From positions 83,824,001 to 83,888,000 of the forward strand of contig NC_042997.1 of the NCBI RefSeq assembly GCF_006345805.1: DNA of 64,000 nucleotides. The letters run 5' to 3'. Origin of the DNA: Octopus sinensis (Eukaryota). The translations under genes and the position numbers were made by a program. Below the pieces are notes generated by a model. That model ran no database searches and was not told where the DNA came from. It saw nothing but the letters and a program-made list of their open reading frames with translations. Position 1 is the first letter of the stretch. Each line of letters opens with the position of its first letter. Positions 40,055 through 52,178 of this stretch are shown here, in pieces.

Positions 40055-42765
40055 TTTGAATTTCCTCCTATAATAATATTGTAAACGACTTGAGATGTTT
40101 GCCTTGCCTTAATGTTTGCTGTGCTGTTTAACAATTATATATATATGTATATAGTGTTTATCTTACCTACATGAGTGGTATAGTGAAAAGCAGAATTTGA
40201 CCATAGAAAATAGATGCAAAAAAACAAAACAAAAAGAAAAAAACAAAGAAGAAATTCCACAAACCAATTAATTTTGTTCCCTACTTTTCTGCTAAAACAA
40301 AAGTAATACAATGATTGTAAGGGAAGAGTTAAATTAATTGTATTGACTGTAGTATATGTCTGGGGTAGACGAAAACATCATAACACACTGTAACATCACA
40401 TGGACACAGCATCCTATACAACATCACATCACATTAATTTTCCACATGCTAGCGTATTACCACCATATTACATTAGCACAGCAACAAGGCACATAACTTG
40501 CACTATCATGCTATTCACCACCATCAAGACATCATAATACTACTATATCACCATAGAATCATATTAGTACACGAACATGCCAAGTGAATCTATATGCAGT
40601 CGCTTAGGTGGTAGAAATACAAGTAAAATCTTTCTTAAATCATACTCTGATAAAGAAAGACATATTAGATAACGCACTCTTTTGGTGTAGAGTGCCTATC
40701 AAATTATCCTACGTTTGTTGGATCAAAGCTGACCTGGGGCTAAGCAACAACAATATCCAGCATTTGAATTGTATATCTTCATACAATATAAGAGCACAGT
40801 CACCATCTTGTGAAATGATAGATTTATCATTTCACAAGAAGAAGGATCATTGCCAGCTCTAGGTAGTACTGTATAGCAAACTCTCCACTGGCCACCATGT
40901 CAAAGGTGCAGAAGAGAAAATTGTAAAAAAAAATTTCTGAGGAAATGCCTTGCTTTCTGTCACAATAGCCACTGCCAGTTGTCTGTTATGGCCTACAATT
41001 TCAAGGCCAAGTGACAAACCATTCATCTGTCTGCCTCTTCTTCTAGCAGTAATGAGCAGAAATTCTTTTGCAGCTGCCATGGGTGGGTCTGCCTCTGCTA
41101 CACTGACTCATCAGCTACCAGTAAACCTGCAGTCAATCTGGACAGTTTTTTTCATTAAACTTCATTTGCAAAACCAATCCCTGATAATATTGGTTTCAGA
41201 TTTTGGTACAAGGCCAGCAGGTTTGGGAGGAGAGCTAAGTTAATTAAATCAACCCCAGTGTTCAACTGGTACTTATTTTATTGATGTCTCTGAAAGGATG
41301 AAAAGTAAAGTTGACCTCTGCAGAATTTAACTCAGAACATAAAGATGGCCAAAATGCCACCAAGCACTTTGTTTGGCATATTAACACATCTCACTACCAT
41401 ATCACAGCATACATCCTAAACCACATTTAAAACAAAACTATTTGCCACATACATAAACAGCCTTTGCTCAACAACACACTATAGCCACTGGTGAACCAGA
41501 ACAATTAACTCATCCCATGTCCCTTATACTATACACTACTATACTATATTGTTTTGAGCTTGCTGTGTATCAAGCACCCTTTCAGAAAATCATGTGGATA
41601 TGTAATGTTAGAGTGCATGAATGACAGAGTACAAATGAGCTAGAAGCAAAACTAGATATAAGAGGGATCCAATGTAGAGAGCACAGCCAAATGAAACATT
41701 TAGAAGATAATAATTAAGTAGAGATAAGTGATCAATATATCAATGTGGAAAGAACCATGGAAGAGAAAGACCAAGGAAGGTATAGGTAGGAGTGATGGAA
41801 ATTGATCTCAGAGAGCTGTACCTCATGAAGAAAATAACAAAGGACTGCAACAAGTGACAAGATACTGATGTATTTTCTTACAGAAGAGAAAAAAAAAGAA
41901 AACTTTCACACCTATTTTCCATGCCAGCATTGATGAGATAGTGGTTACACATGCATCCATGCCAGCACCACATAGTAGCTCCTGGCACCACCTAAAAACG
42001 CCAATGTCAGTGCCACGTAAAAAGTACCCAGGACACTCTGTAAAGTGGTTGGCATTAGGAAAGGCATCTGGCTGTAGAAACCAAACCAAATCAGGCTGGA
42101 ATTTGGTGCAGGTCGCCTGCATGCCAGCTCTGGTCAAACCATCCAACCAATGCCAGCATGGAAAACAAACATCAAACAATAATGATGATGATGAATGATT
42201 GATGCTGTTGTTGCTTAGCCACAGGTCAGCCACAGAGCAGATGTCTAACTAAAAGGGATTCCAGCTGAGGCCATCTTCTGTTTTTTTGCATATCTATGAC
42301 TATATTCCGCACTGTACTTTTATTTTGTTTTTAACAATTAGACTGTGATTTGAAGGAAATTTGGCTGCTACTTCTAGTGAGTTGAGTAACAGTGGTCGCT
42401 CCCACACTGAGGTTTCACCATTCTCATCACAAACATTAAGATGCTGATTATGACAAAAGTGGTGATACTGATTATGACAATTGAGAATACTGTTGTTCCT
42501 TGTTACTGCTGCTGATGAGGTTGACATAACTTCCTTTAGCTGAATACTTGCCATACATTATATTTTAATGGTGAATTTTTTTTTAAGAAAGCTTTCCTTA
42601 GCCAAAATCCAACAAGTTCCCAGAAGAAGAAAAACTATGAATGTGTATGAAAGAGAGTAAGTGAGATGAAGAAAGAAAGCATGTGTTTGTGTGTATGCAT
42701 GCGTGTACAACAGTATTCTGCCAAGTTCTGTAGCATTTAAGCAGACACTATCACTCACTCACTCT

Positions 42766-42817
<52 letters not shown>

Positions 42818-45800
42818 TACATGCTGATCTTGGCATAGCAGCAATTTCCTGGATTCACTCAGTTGTGGAAGATAATGAAGGTGTTAGCTATTGCATAGAA
42901 TAACAGAAACTTTCCAAGAAATTATCAAGTTGTGCTGTCATGTCTATTTGCTGTGATGGATAGAGGAACAGAATTTTTGCTCATACAGGAATAAGAATAG
43001 AAGATTCAGTTAGCTTAGCTGTTTTGTATTGGTGTGTTTCTTAGATATCAGTTATGGAATATATGCATTCATATGTGTATGTATATATGAGTTATTTTCC
43101 TGCCATAACCAAAGTGTAGCTGATATTTTAATGTGCATATTGCATATCCATTTATGAATTCAGTTGCTATCCTTCTTGTTTGCTTCCTTTCTTCCTTCTT
43201 CAAGTCATCTATAAATTGGCAATGGAAAGACAGCTTAAGCAGCATCAAACCAGGCAGATAATTAGATTTCTTGTGACTAAGCTAGAGGCCAACATTGGCA
43301 GAGAAGACAGGGAAAGTCATTTGAGTTACTACCAGTATAGCACTGGTAATTATCTTATTGAACTTGTAAGGATAAAAGGCAAGGTTAACAGTGGTGGATT
43401 TGAACACAAAATGTAGAGGGAATCTACAAGTTAGTTCTGATCAAGCATCTTTATGGTCAAAGATGTTCTAATTGTGACCATCCCATCCTACCGTTCAATT
43501 TTTTCAGACTTGTCCTCCTTTTTTGAAGACAATAGAGTATATGAGAAAGATTTGGTTCATATTTCTAGCAGGTGAAGCAACAAAGTAACACATTTATTGT
43601 GCCACTGGTTCTGTGGGTGAGTTGTCCAGCAAGAAAATAGCTACATTGGTGATTGGTTAAAAAACAGACAAAAAAAGGAAACAAAATCAGAAGCCTAACA
43701 ACAACAATAACAAATAAAAGATAGCTAATTAAGGTATGATGTCATGAACAACAGAAAATATGATTCATGATGCACAGGAAGAGGATGGCTGGTCATTTAG
43801 TAATAAAGAAGAGAAGTTTACTGATGAATTCCAAATTTGTGACTTGAGTTAATCCAAGAATGTGGCAAAATGAAACTCTTGAATCATCATCATTTTCAGT
43901 TGTAAGATGTTTGTATTAACAAGGCTTGAATGTGCTAATGAGCTTGTTGTTTAATTTGTTGCAGGAATATTCAGCAATTAGATTACTATATCCAATGTCA
44001 TGATTTGCTAAAATATTAACTACATGATTGAAAAAATCTGTCCAATCAAAACTTTGCATGGAACTGACTTCAATGACAATTTAATATTTTGACATGCTTA
44101 TTTCTGAATCTAACCTTCACTAGCTACTTAGACAGATAAAGTATTGAGAGACAGCATAGGGACATCATGGGAGACAGCCAACAGAGACAGTAGACATCAG
44201 TAGAGCCAAAAGGATAATGAGGCAATGAGCAGTCAGAGGCAATGAGCAGTCAGAGAGCAGGAGACATTACAAGTCAGTGGCCCAGCAAGCAGTTAATCAC
44301 AATGAATGATCAGTGACAACAACACAAAGACCAGCAGCTAACTTTTTGACTGCTGCTACAACCACATCAATCCAAACTCTATCAATATTTTGTCTTTCAT
44401 AATAATGACAACATTTGCTTTTTGTTTCCAGAAAGATTAGATATTTTGTTTATCAAAAATCTCAACAGATATCAGTGTTCTTCTTCACTCAAACGCCCAG
44501 ACTGCTCTGACTGAGAATACCTATGATCAAAGGACTTTCAATCATGACCTTACCACCTTTTTTGTTTTTCAGACATAGTGTATCTAAGATTATCTTCTAC
44601 CATATCCTTCTTTTCTTTTAGGTCAGCACGGTATGATCCAAAGAAGATTTGGCAGCCATTTCCAGCAGGTTGAGTGATCACATAGAAGCTTCTTTATTAG
44701 CTTACATTCTTCCAGCTTGTTGTTTAGCTCTAGGCTAATCCTGATTAAGGAAGATTTCAAAGAAATTCTTGCCTTGGCCAATATGATTTTTACTTAGATA
44801 GTGACACTTCCTTTCCAAAACATTAGGATGTAACTTAAAGTTTGTTTTTGCTATGTATAACAGGCTAAGCTATCTCATTGGTTTTCACCTTTTTAGGCTG
44901 CTTTCTTGTTTCACCTCCAGGTCATTTCTGGTTTAAAGACACAGAAGGTCAAAGGCATTCCAACCATGACAATGCTACCTTTTCATAGACCAAGAACGAC
45001 ACTGTCCAGTGTCAATTATTTTTCAAATGAAGATTTGACTGCTACAAGATGAATAACTTTCAATGACTTTTAATATGGCAATTTTGCATAATTTTCATCT
45101 GAAAGTCACATATCTCAAGTTTTATTTAAACTTTCTTGGTTTAATCTCAATACTCTAACACTGAGCCTCTAACACTAACATATTTTTAATCAGATCTCAT
45201 AGCTATTACAGCAAATACATCGGAAGCTATCTTCTTTTACTTGTGTTTTAGTTATCAGACTGCTGCCATGCTGGGGCACTGCCTTGAACATTTTTAAGTT
45301 GAATGAATCAGCCCAAGTAGATATTTTAAAAGTCTGGTACTTATTTTATTGATCTCTTTTGCTAAACTAAGTTATGGGAATGTAAACACACCAACACTGG
45401 TTGTCCAGCGGTAGTGGGAGACAAACACACAAAGACACACACACATACACACACACACATGATGGGCTTCTTTCAGTTTCCATCTACCAAATCCATCCAC
45501 AATGCTTTGGTTGGCCTGAGGCTATAGTAGAAGACACTTGTCCAAGGTGCTATAGAGTGGGACTGAACCTAGTGCAGTGTGGTTTGGAAGCAAGCTTCTT
45601 ACCACACAGTCACACATGTACCTATGGAAGTACAATAAACAACTTTGAGAAAATGCTTAAATTTTTCAGTTCAAAACAGAGTCCATAAAAAGGTAATAGT
45701 GCTGGATTAAATATGCAGCATTTAGTTTCTTCCATCAAACTCTCCTACATCAACTTTGACCTTTCTGAAACAATCAAATATGCATAACTACTATTCTGAA

Positions 45801-46285
45801 GAAGAGTGCAGGCTCAAAATGTTAAAAATTTATTCCATTTTTCCTGAACATCAACGTGTTTGTTGTTCTTTCACCCCGTATTTGTACTGCCTTTATTTTT
45901 GTATCATTCATTCATACATGCATGAATGCGTACACACACACACACACACACACACTGTTGACATCATAAGAATTATATAAGTTAAAAAGAATAGGAACTA
46001 ATTCTTGTATGGATTATCTAGAAGCACACACATAAAGCTATAGATAATAACATGTAAATATTGAATAGAAAACCCCATTTGGATCGAAAAAGTCAAGGCT
46101 GACTTCAAAATTTTCAATCCAAAAAGGAGTTTTCAAACCAATATTAACATGCTATTATCTAAAACTTTTTGTGTGCGCTTTGAGGCATTCCAAAAAGGAA
46201 TATATATACATATATATAGCGAGAAGTTGAGGTTATAAGAGATAATGGTGTCATTGAGACCCAAAGGTGTCAGGTAATGCTGAAT

Positions 46286-46337
46286 AACTCCGATGAAGGG
46301 ATATTATTAATTAATATCCTAGAAACAGCTGTAAGAC
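46286..46337 (+). ncRNA. Type-I hammerhead fold H5 (core CCGAUGA, weak stem I)
   Basis: CCGAUGA (46290-46296) / 9-bp stem II gggatatta..taatatcct / GAAA / c-agct-g / UA / agac; same family as H2 and H4. Confidence 0.7.
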
Positions 46338-46411
46338 CTTCTATCTATAAATGCTCTAATATCTATACAGCCTTGTTTTTTTTTTTATCTCATTACACAA
46401 AAAATGCATAC

Positions 46412-46473
<62 letters not shown>

Positions 46474-46477
<4 letters not shown>

Positions 46478-47105
46478 ACAATCAAGGAACGGCCATAATA
46501 GGCCATTCACCCACTAGAAATAACAGCCAAAGCTTCAACCGCAAATAAAAGTCAATTTCCCACTAGGCCGCTGGTGGCAAAAAAATTCTACAAAATTTTT
46601 TTTGCCACCCTATATGATTAATTATGAATTTTCTGGTTAATTCCGTAATGGAATCGACGGCTTATATTTATTTGCTGCCGATAAATTTGGCGCGAGTGCG
46701 ATGATTTGAAAATTTTAGGTCAGATATTACCTTGGCAGGGTCGGAAATGCCTCGTGAAAATATCTGTTCCGACTTGTGGCTATTCTTACTGAAGAATCTG
46801 AGGGCCTATGGAAGATTGGCTTGATTTAATTTAATCAGGTTAGTTTACCATTAAACAGCAGATGAAACGGTGCATCGTATAAGAAATTACAGGGTAAATG
46901 TTTTTTAAATTTTCTCTGTTTACGGAATTGACTTTTATTGCGGTTGAAGCTTTGGCTGTTATTTCTAGTGGGGGAATGGCCTATTATGGCCGTTCCTTGA
47001 TGTTGATGTTGAACTTAAAAATGGTCTATGACTATTTAATTTTTTCCCACTAGGCCGCTGGTGGCAAAAAAATTCTACAAAATTTTTTTTGCCACCCTAT
47101 ATTGA

Positions 47106-47113
<8 letters not shown>
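46474..47113 (+). mobile_element. Retrozyme / Penelope-pLTR-like element copy 1 (487-nt unit + terminal redundancy + 5' inversion)
   Basis: Direct repeats 46556-46625 and 47043-47113 (offset 487); 46474-46557 is an inverted copy of 46926-47007; contains hammerhead H6; flanked by (TA)n; no ORF. Confidence 0.8.
46783..46885 (+). ncRNA. Type-I hammerhead ribozyme H6 (fully intact, long stem II)
   Basis: ttctta / CUGAAGA (46789-46795) / atctg...long hairpin...cagat / GAAA (46864-46867) / cgg-tgca-tcg / UA / taagaa; predicted GUA cleavage after 46879. Confidence 0.9.
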
Positions 47114-47137
<24 letters not shown>

Positions 47138-47194
47138 TTACATGTGAAAGTGCTCAGACATACAAACACATGTTTGTTCATTTGGCTATTCCAC

Positions 47195-47245
47195 GAGCCT
47201 GAGGAGACAGGCTCCATTAGGGGCCTGCAAAACTTTAAGTAGCAC
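47195..47245 (+). ncRNA. Type-I hammerhead fold H7 (G12A, probably inactive)
   Basis: gagc / CUGAGGA / g-a-caggctcc-atta-ggggcctg-c / AAAA instead of GAAA / ct-tta-ag / UA / gcac. Confidence 0.7.
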
Positions 47246-49159
47246 AGAATCCAAATCAAATTGTTTTGAATAATACATGTAACTCATAATAAATGTGTTG
47301 AGTGCCCTTTCTTTCATTTTTCCACTCACTCACTTACTCATACATATGATGTGTGTATGTGTATAGAACTCTTTGGCTACAGTCAGAGATTTTTAGATTA
47401 GGCTCAATGGCAGATGTGTTCTTGACTTCTTTCTTATCATCATGAATTACAACAGTGACAATGTGATCCTTGTCATTGCTGTCATCATCAATATAGTGAT
47501 GAATATAGCTGCTATTGTTGATGATGATGGTGATGATGATGATGCTAATTAAGATAGATATAATGATGTGTAAAAGAGCTTACAACTGCTTACATGCAAC
47601 TTTACAGCTGCGAGTGTGTAAGAATGTTGTTGCAGTTGTTGGAGATGATACCACAAATGATGATGATGATATACTAGAGATGTTGATGCTGAGAAGAACA
47701 TTGGACCCACCACATACAAGCGTGACATTTCGAACACAAACATTAACAAATAATAAATACTATAAATACTGTTAAAGGCCCTCTGGGCATCATTGAAGGA
47801 GCAAGCTAGCAAACAAACTGGTATTCATTGCCAGGTGGTGGAGGTGGTGGTGGTGGTAGTGGGGAGAGGTAGCACTGGTGTGTGTATAAGGTAGATGAGG
47901 GTGGAGACCATTACTCCCACACCCTGCTCAAGCTGTAACAGCTGACACAAAGGGAGCCAGAGAGAGATGAAGGAGAGACAATGATGACTGTGAATATGCT
48001 GTAGCTGGTGGTGGTGGTGGTGGTTGTGGCAGTGGTGGCAATGATGTATTCTAAATAGATTGTTATATCATCTTGTGAATAAGGAATCCCATGGGGTTGC
48101 CATTTAAAACACACCAAAGTGTAAACAAACATGAACATGTACGATGGCTCAGAATCAGCATAAGTATTAGAAACAATGTTATTGCTACAATAAATTCTGG
48201 CAAGAGACCTACACACACACACACACAGATCACAGCCAGAAATCACACCATCCTGAACTGTTGCTGAGCCATTACCAGACTCAAGTATGGCCCACAGGAA
48301 ATACTGCAATGGTGTAGATGCCTTTACCCACATATTCTGCATTAACTCATTAGCAACTGAAATATTCTACCTGTTTTATGTTCAGACTGGCCAGATATGG
48401 CCTTTCACACTTAATGATTTTGCAAATTTAACAATATTTATAACTAATTGGATAAAGATACACACACACACTACACACATACACATACATGATAACTGGG
48501 CAGAGATAGCAACTCCTATTTGCTCACCAGCAGTGTCTTGTGTCAGAGGTGAAGTTACTTAGCAATCAAATGGAATAAACCAACAAACTGCAAGCAAGTA
48601 CAGAAGGAAAGAAGTAATTAAATTCTGTAAGAATTAACAGCGAGGTAAACACTGATGAGAGCTGAATCTCACTATTAGACTAATTCAAATCTCAAGAGAT
48701 CCATTCATGAAATAACTTATATATATATGAAAATTGACAAAACCAGGAACTTCCAAGGCCTCAGGCTTTATTTTGGAGATTTCCTTCTAGGTAGATTACC
48801 AACCAAGCTTAAAGAGCTTCTATCTGTCCACAAGGTATGCTATCCCATTCCAGACACCAAACCAATAGAAGTCTGTAGCAAGTATGTTGTGAGGGAAAGA
48901 ACCTTTTTAAACAAGAACAAAAAAAGGACAAAGCAAAGTGTGAGTATGAGGATTGTGGGGTTGATCGTGTCATTCTCATTTAATTGTATATATTTCAATT
49001 GTTTATTCATACGTTTCATCTCATTTGATCCCCTGACCCCAATGTTTGTTTTGTCTGTCCTCGCATCATTCCCTCTTTTTTTCAACCTCATGGTTAATAA
49101 AGAAATTGACTGTTCAGAAGTTCATCCGCCCTTTGACAGGTCTCATTTTTCATCCCACA

Positions 49160-50245
49160 GGGTGTCCAACAACACCCTCCTTGCCAAGCAAGCCTGGTGG
49201 GGTTTAGTCACCAACGACCTGACCATGGGACAGGTTGTACTGGATTACATCTTACCAGCAGCACTCAAGAGCTTCTTGGGCCAATAAGTGGGGGTAGTGC
49301 AGTGCAGGCTAAACCCACTGAAAATTATTCATCTGCACAGGTACTTCCTGTACTCCAAATCTTAGTAAAATCATTCAATTGGTTGGTTGGCAGAAACCTA
49401 AAAATGCACTTGTAACTTACTCTAAAATGTCTCAAACAGATTCAGTAAATGGCAAAAAAGGCTTGGGAATGTCAGGGGAACAGGTCTGGCTCGGCAGGTG
49501 TCCCAGTGTATCACAGGCTGAACCCGGTCATCATCCTGCCACTGTGGTCAAACATTCTTCAAGAAAAAGTAAAAATAAACATCCTTTGAATTTTGGTTGT
49601 TTGAATGTGCACACACTTCTTGATGATAATTTTAACGAGAGTCCAGAAAGGTGTACTGCACTTATTGCAGGTGAGTTCAAGAAATATTCCCTTTATATAG
49701 TTGAGCTCTCTGAAACTTGTTTCTCTGGTAAAGGTCAAGTAAATGAACCTACTTATGGACATACTGTCTTTTGGAGAGGCCTACCTAAGGGTCAGCGTAG
49801 AGAATCTGGTGCTCGGTTTGCTCTCAAGAATACATTAGTATCCTCCATTGCAGGGCTTCCAAGTGGTATATCTGAATGGATCATGTCATGCTGTATTAAA
49901 CTGACAAAAAGTAGGTTTCTTATCGTTGTCAGTATTTATGCACCAACAATGTCACATTCTGATGAAACTGTAGGACAGTTTTATGATGATCTAGCACAAT
50001 TATTGAGGAAAGTACCAATTTCTGACAAGCTGGTCATATTGGGAGATTTCAATGCAAGAGTTGGAAAGGACTGTTTCATGGCTTCTTTTAGGTTGACATG
50101 AGATTGGAAAATGTAATAAAAATTGAGTAGCTCTTTTGACATTTCATACTGAGAATAATCTGGTTGTCACCAACACTCTGTTTAAGCAGAAAAATAAATA
50201 TAAAACCACCTGGATGCACCCAAGATCTAAGCACTGGCAACTCAA
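49160..50245 (+). pseudogene. RTE-clade LINE 5' part with AP-endonuclease domain, 3' truncated
   Basis: LNVHTL...PERCTALIAGE...LSET...SIYAPT...FYDDL...ILGDFNARVG, continuing after disruptions as GKCN...TNTLFKQK...TTWMHPRSKHW; typical RTE/BovB-like APE motifs. The 5' boundary is approximate. Confidence 0.92.
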
Positions 50246-50329
50246 AATAGGTAGTAAGAGAACTTCATAATTATTCATAAGTTCATAAAAAATCATGATT
50301 GTAGAGAAGCATATATACAGAAAGAATTT

Positions 50330-50800
50330 GTAGACAGTATTTGATGGGAGAAAGCATGTATTGCTTAGTCAAAACTCCATCAGAAATCATATTTGAGTAT
50401 TTATACAGAATTTTAAATAGGAGTGGATCTGTTGACTAATCTAGGCTGTTTATTTGTAAGTTTCTGCATCATTTGGTCCAGTTGGCCGCAGTATACTTTG
50501 GCCGTGACTGAAGAGCCAGGTTTAATGAAATCGTAATGGATCATACCTGCGCCAGACCACCAAACACACACCATCAGCTTCTTTTGATGAATTTTGCTTT
50601 TCGGACTGTTTTGGTGGCTTGTCTTTGTCCAACCATTGTGCTGAATGCTTACAGTTGTTGTAACCCACTTATCCAACTTGTTCAATTTACCAAATTGAAC
50701 AAGGTGAGTCAATATTGTTTGCTTGCTAATTATACACAAACTGACCCTTTTCTGAACACAGCTGTAATTGTTCAAGGGGTAGTAACTCTGTTCACAGAAT
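50330..50800 (-). mobile_element. mariner (DD34D, cecropia/Hsmar1-like) transposase fragment with internal deletions
   Basis: LDKWV...KIHQKKLMVCVWWSGAGMIHYDFIKPG...YCGQLDQMMQKL...PRLVNRSTPI. Confidence 0.88.
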
Positions 50801-50889
50801 GGCTGTCTTTTGTATCAGGTTTTTTTTTTTTTGTGCCCCCAAACTAAGATTGTAGTTTTGCTTCTATTAATAAAGAAGCTAGGTGCTTC

Positions 50890-50966
50890 TGGTCAGCAGG
50901 TCTGATGAGTTATCTATATTGCCAAGTGCAATTGTAGACATGAAACCAATGGAAACGTTCTGACCA
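50890..50966 (+). ncRNA. Type-I hammerhead fold H8 (U16.1A, probably inactive)
   Basis: 12-nt stem I tggtcagcaggt / acgttctgacca (10 of 12 paired) in exact register around CUGAUGA, a hairpin stem II, GAAA, cc-aat-gg, then AA where UH is expected. Confidence 0.6.
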
Positions 50967-52143
50967 ACCATAACCAAGGACTCAACTACTTATTGTATAT
51001 ACATATAGCTGATTTCTTTCTTGTGCAACTTCGGTTTTTGTAAAACATGTATTGATGTGCTGCATTTCATTTTTTCATGCACTAATTTTATTTTTCAAAT
51101 AAACCGTAGCTCAGTTGGCATATTATGATTTGGACAGAATGGAGATTTGTTTTTTATATCAAAATAACTTGATAAAAAATGTTATAATTAATAAAAAAAT
51201 ATAATAGAATAAAAGACCACGAATTGTGTTGCTTAATAATTAATGGTAATAAAAATTGCACTTCATAGCCTCAGTGATATATGAGATATAAAACAAGATA
51301 ATCAATCAATCAAGCAAACCAACTGTCAAAAACAGAGGCACCTACTGTGTTTTTTTATGTTTGGATATGTTATACAGAGGGAATGATAGACAATAGGTTC
51401 ATTCTGATTTCATTGTATTACAAAACAAAAGGATGGGAAAATAAGAGAGCAGAGATTCCATTCATTTAGTTACTTTGTCTCTTTCAAACTTTAACTTGGA
51501 AACAAATGAAAAAAATAATTAAAAAATGAAAATTCCTATCCAATATGAAGAGAAGGAGATTATTTGTTTAATATTTTTTCTTCTTTATTTTGATTAATGG
51601 CCAATAGAATCAGCTGCATTGCTGCTATAAAATAGCTCTTCAAAACTCTTTTCAAGTCATAAATCTTAAACCTAATATCCCTACCTACATCATTGTTTTA
51701 ATATATGGTAATAACTGAAAAGCTACTTCATGTACAAGACAAAAACAAAACTAAAGAAAAAGGAAAGATAGCTTCTAGTCATTCCACCTGCAAACTATTA
51801 CATACATATATACATGTGGGCATGTGTGTACTAAGATTACTTTCCATAACATATATATGTAAAATATATATGTATTTGATACATACATATATATATATAT
51901 GCATGTGTGTATACATATATATATATAGGTATGTGTATAAATGCATACATACACACACATATATATATATCTATATAATTATAATGTATTATATATCTAT
52001 ATATTTAATGTAAAAGAGACAGGGAGTAGGAAAGAGGGAAGAAGGCAGAGTACGAAAAGAGGAATGTAAATAGTTTATCATAAGTAAATGTATATCACAT
52101 TTTCACTCCCTTCTCTCACTTAGCTCCCCACCTTTCTCTCTCA

Positions 52144-52178
<35 letters not shown>

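Larger units (their letters stand above)
39583..40137. mobile_element. Imperfect fold-back (Penelope-like pLTR inverted duplication) carrying two hammerheads
   Basis: Arm 39583-39820 is a diverged reverse complement of arm 39887-40137; ends in (TA)n. Confidence 0.8.

Noticed and set aside
41060-41118. Minus-strand CTGATGAGTC...GAC
   Set aside because: GAAA is replaced by CCAC and stems I and III are absent.
48653-48680. CTGATGA followed by gag..ctc
   Set aside because: No GAAA or stem III follows, so it is not a hammerhead.
48727-49287. 186-aa ORF upstream of the RTE endonuclease
   Set aside because: It spans unrelated repeat fragments and has no recognisable ORF1 or gag motif.
51106-51150. 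gtagctcagttgg tRNA-like A-box
   Set aside because: No B-box or cloverleaf.
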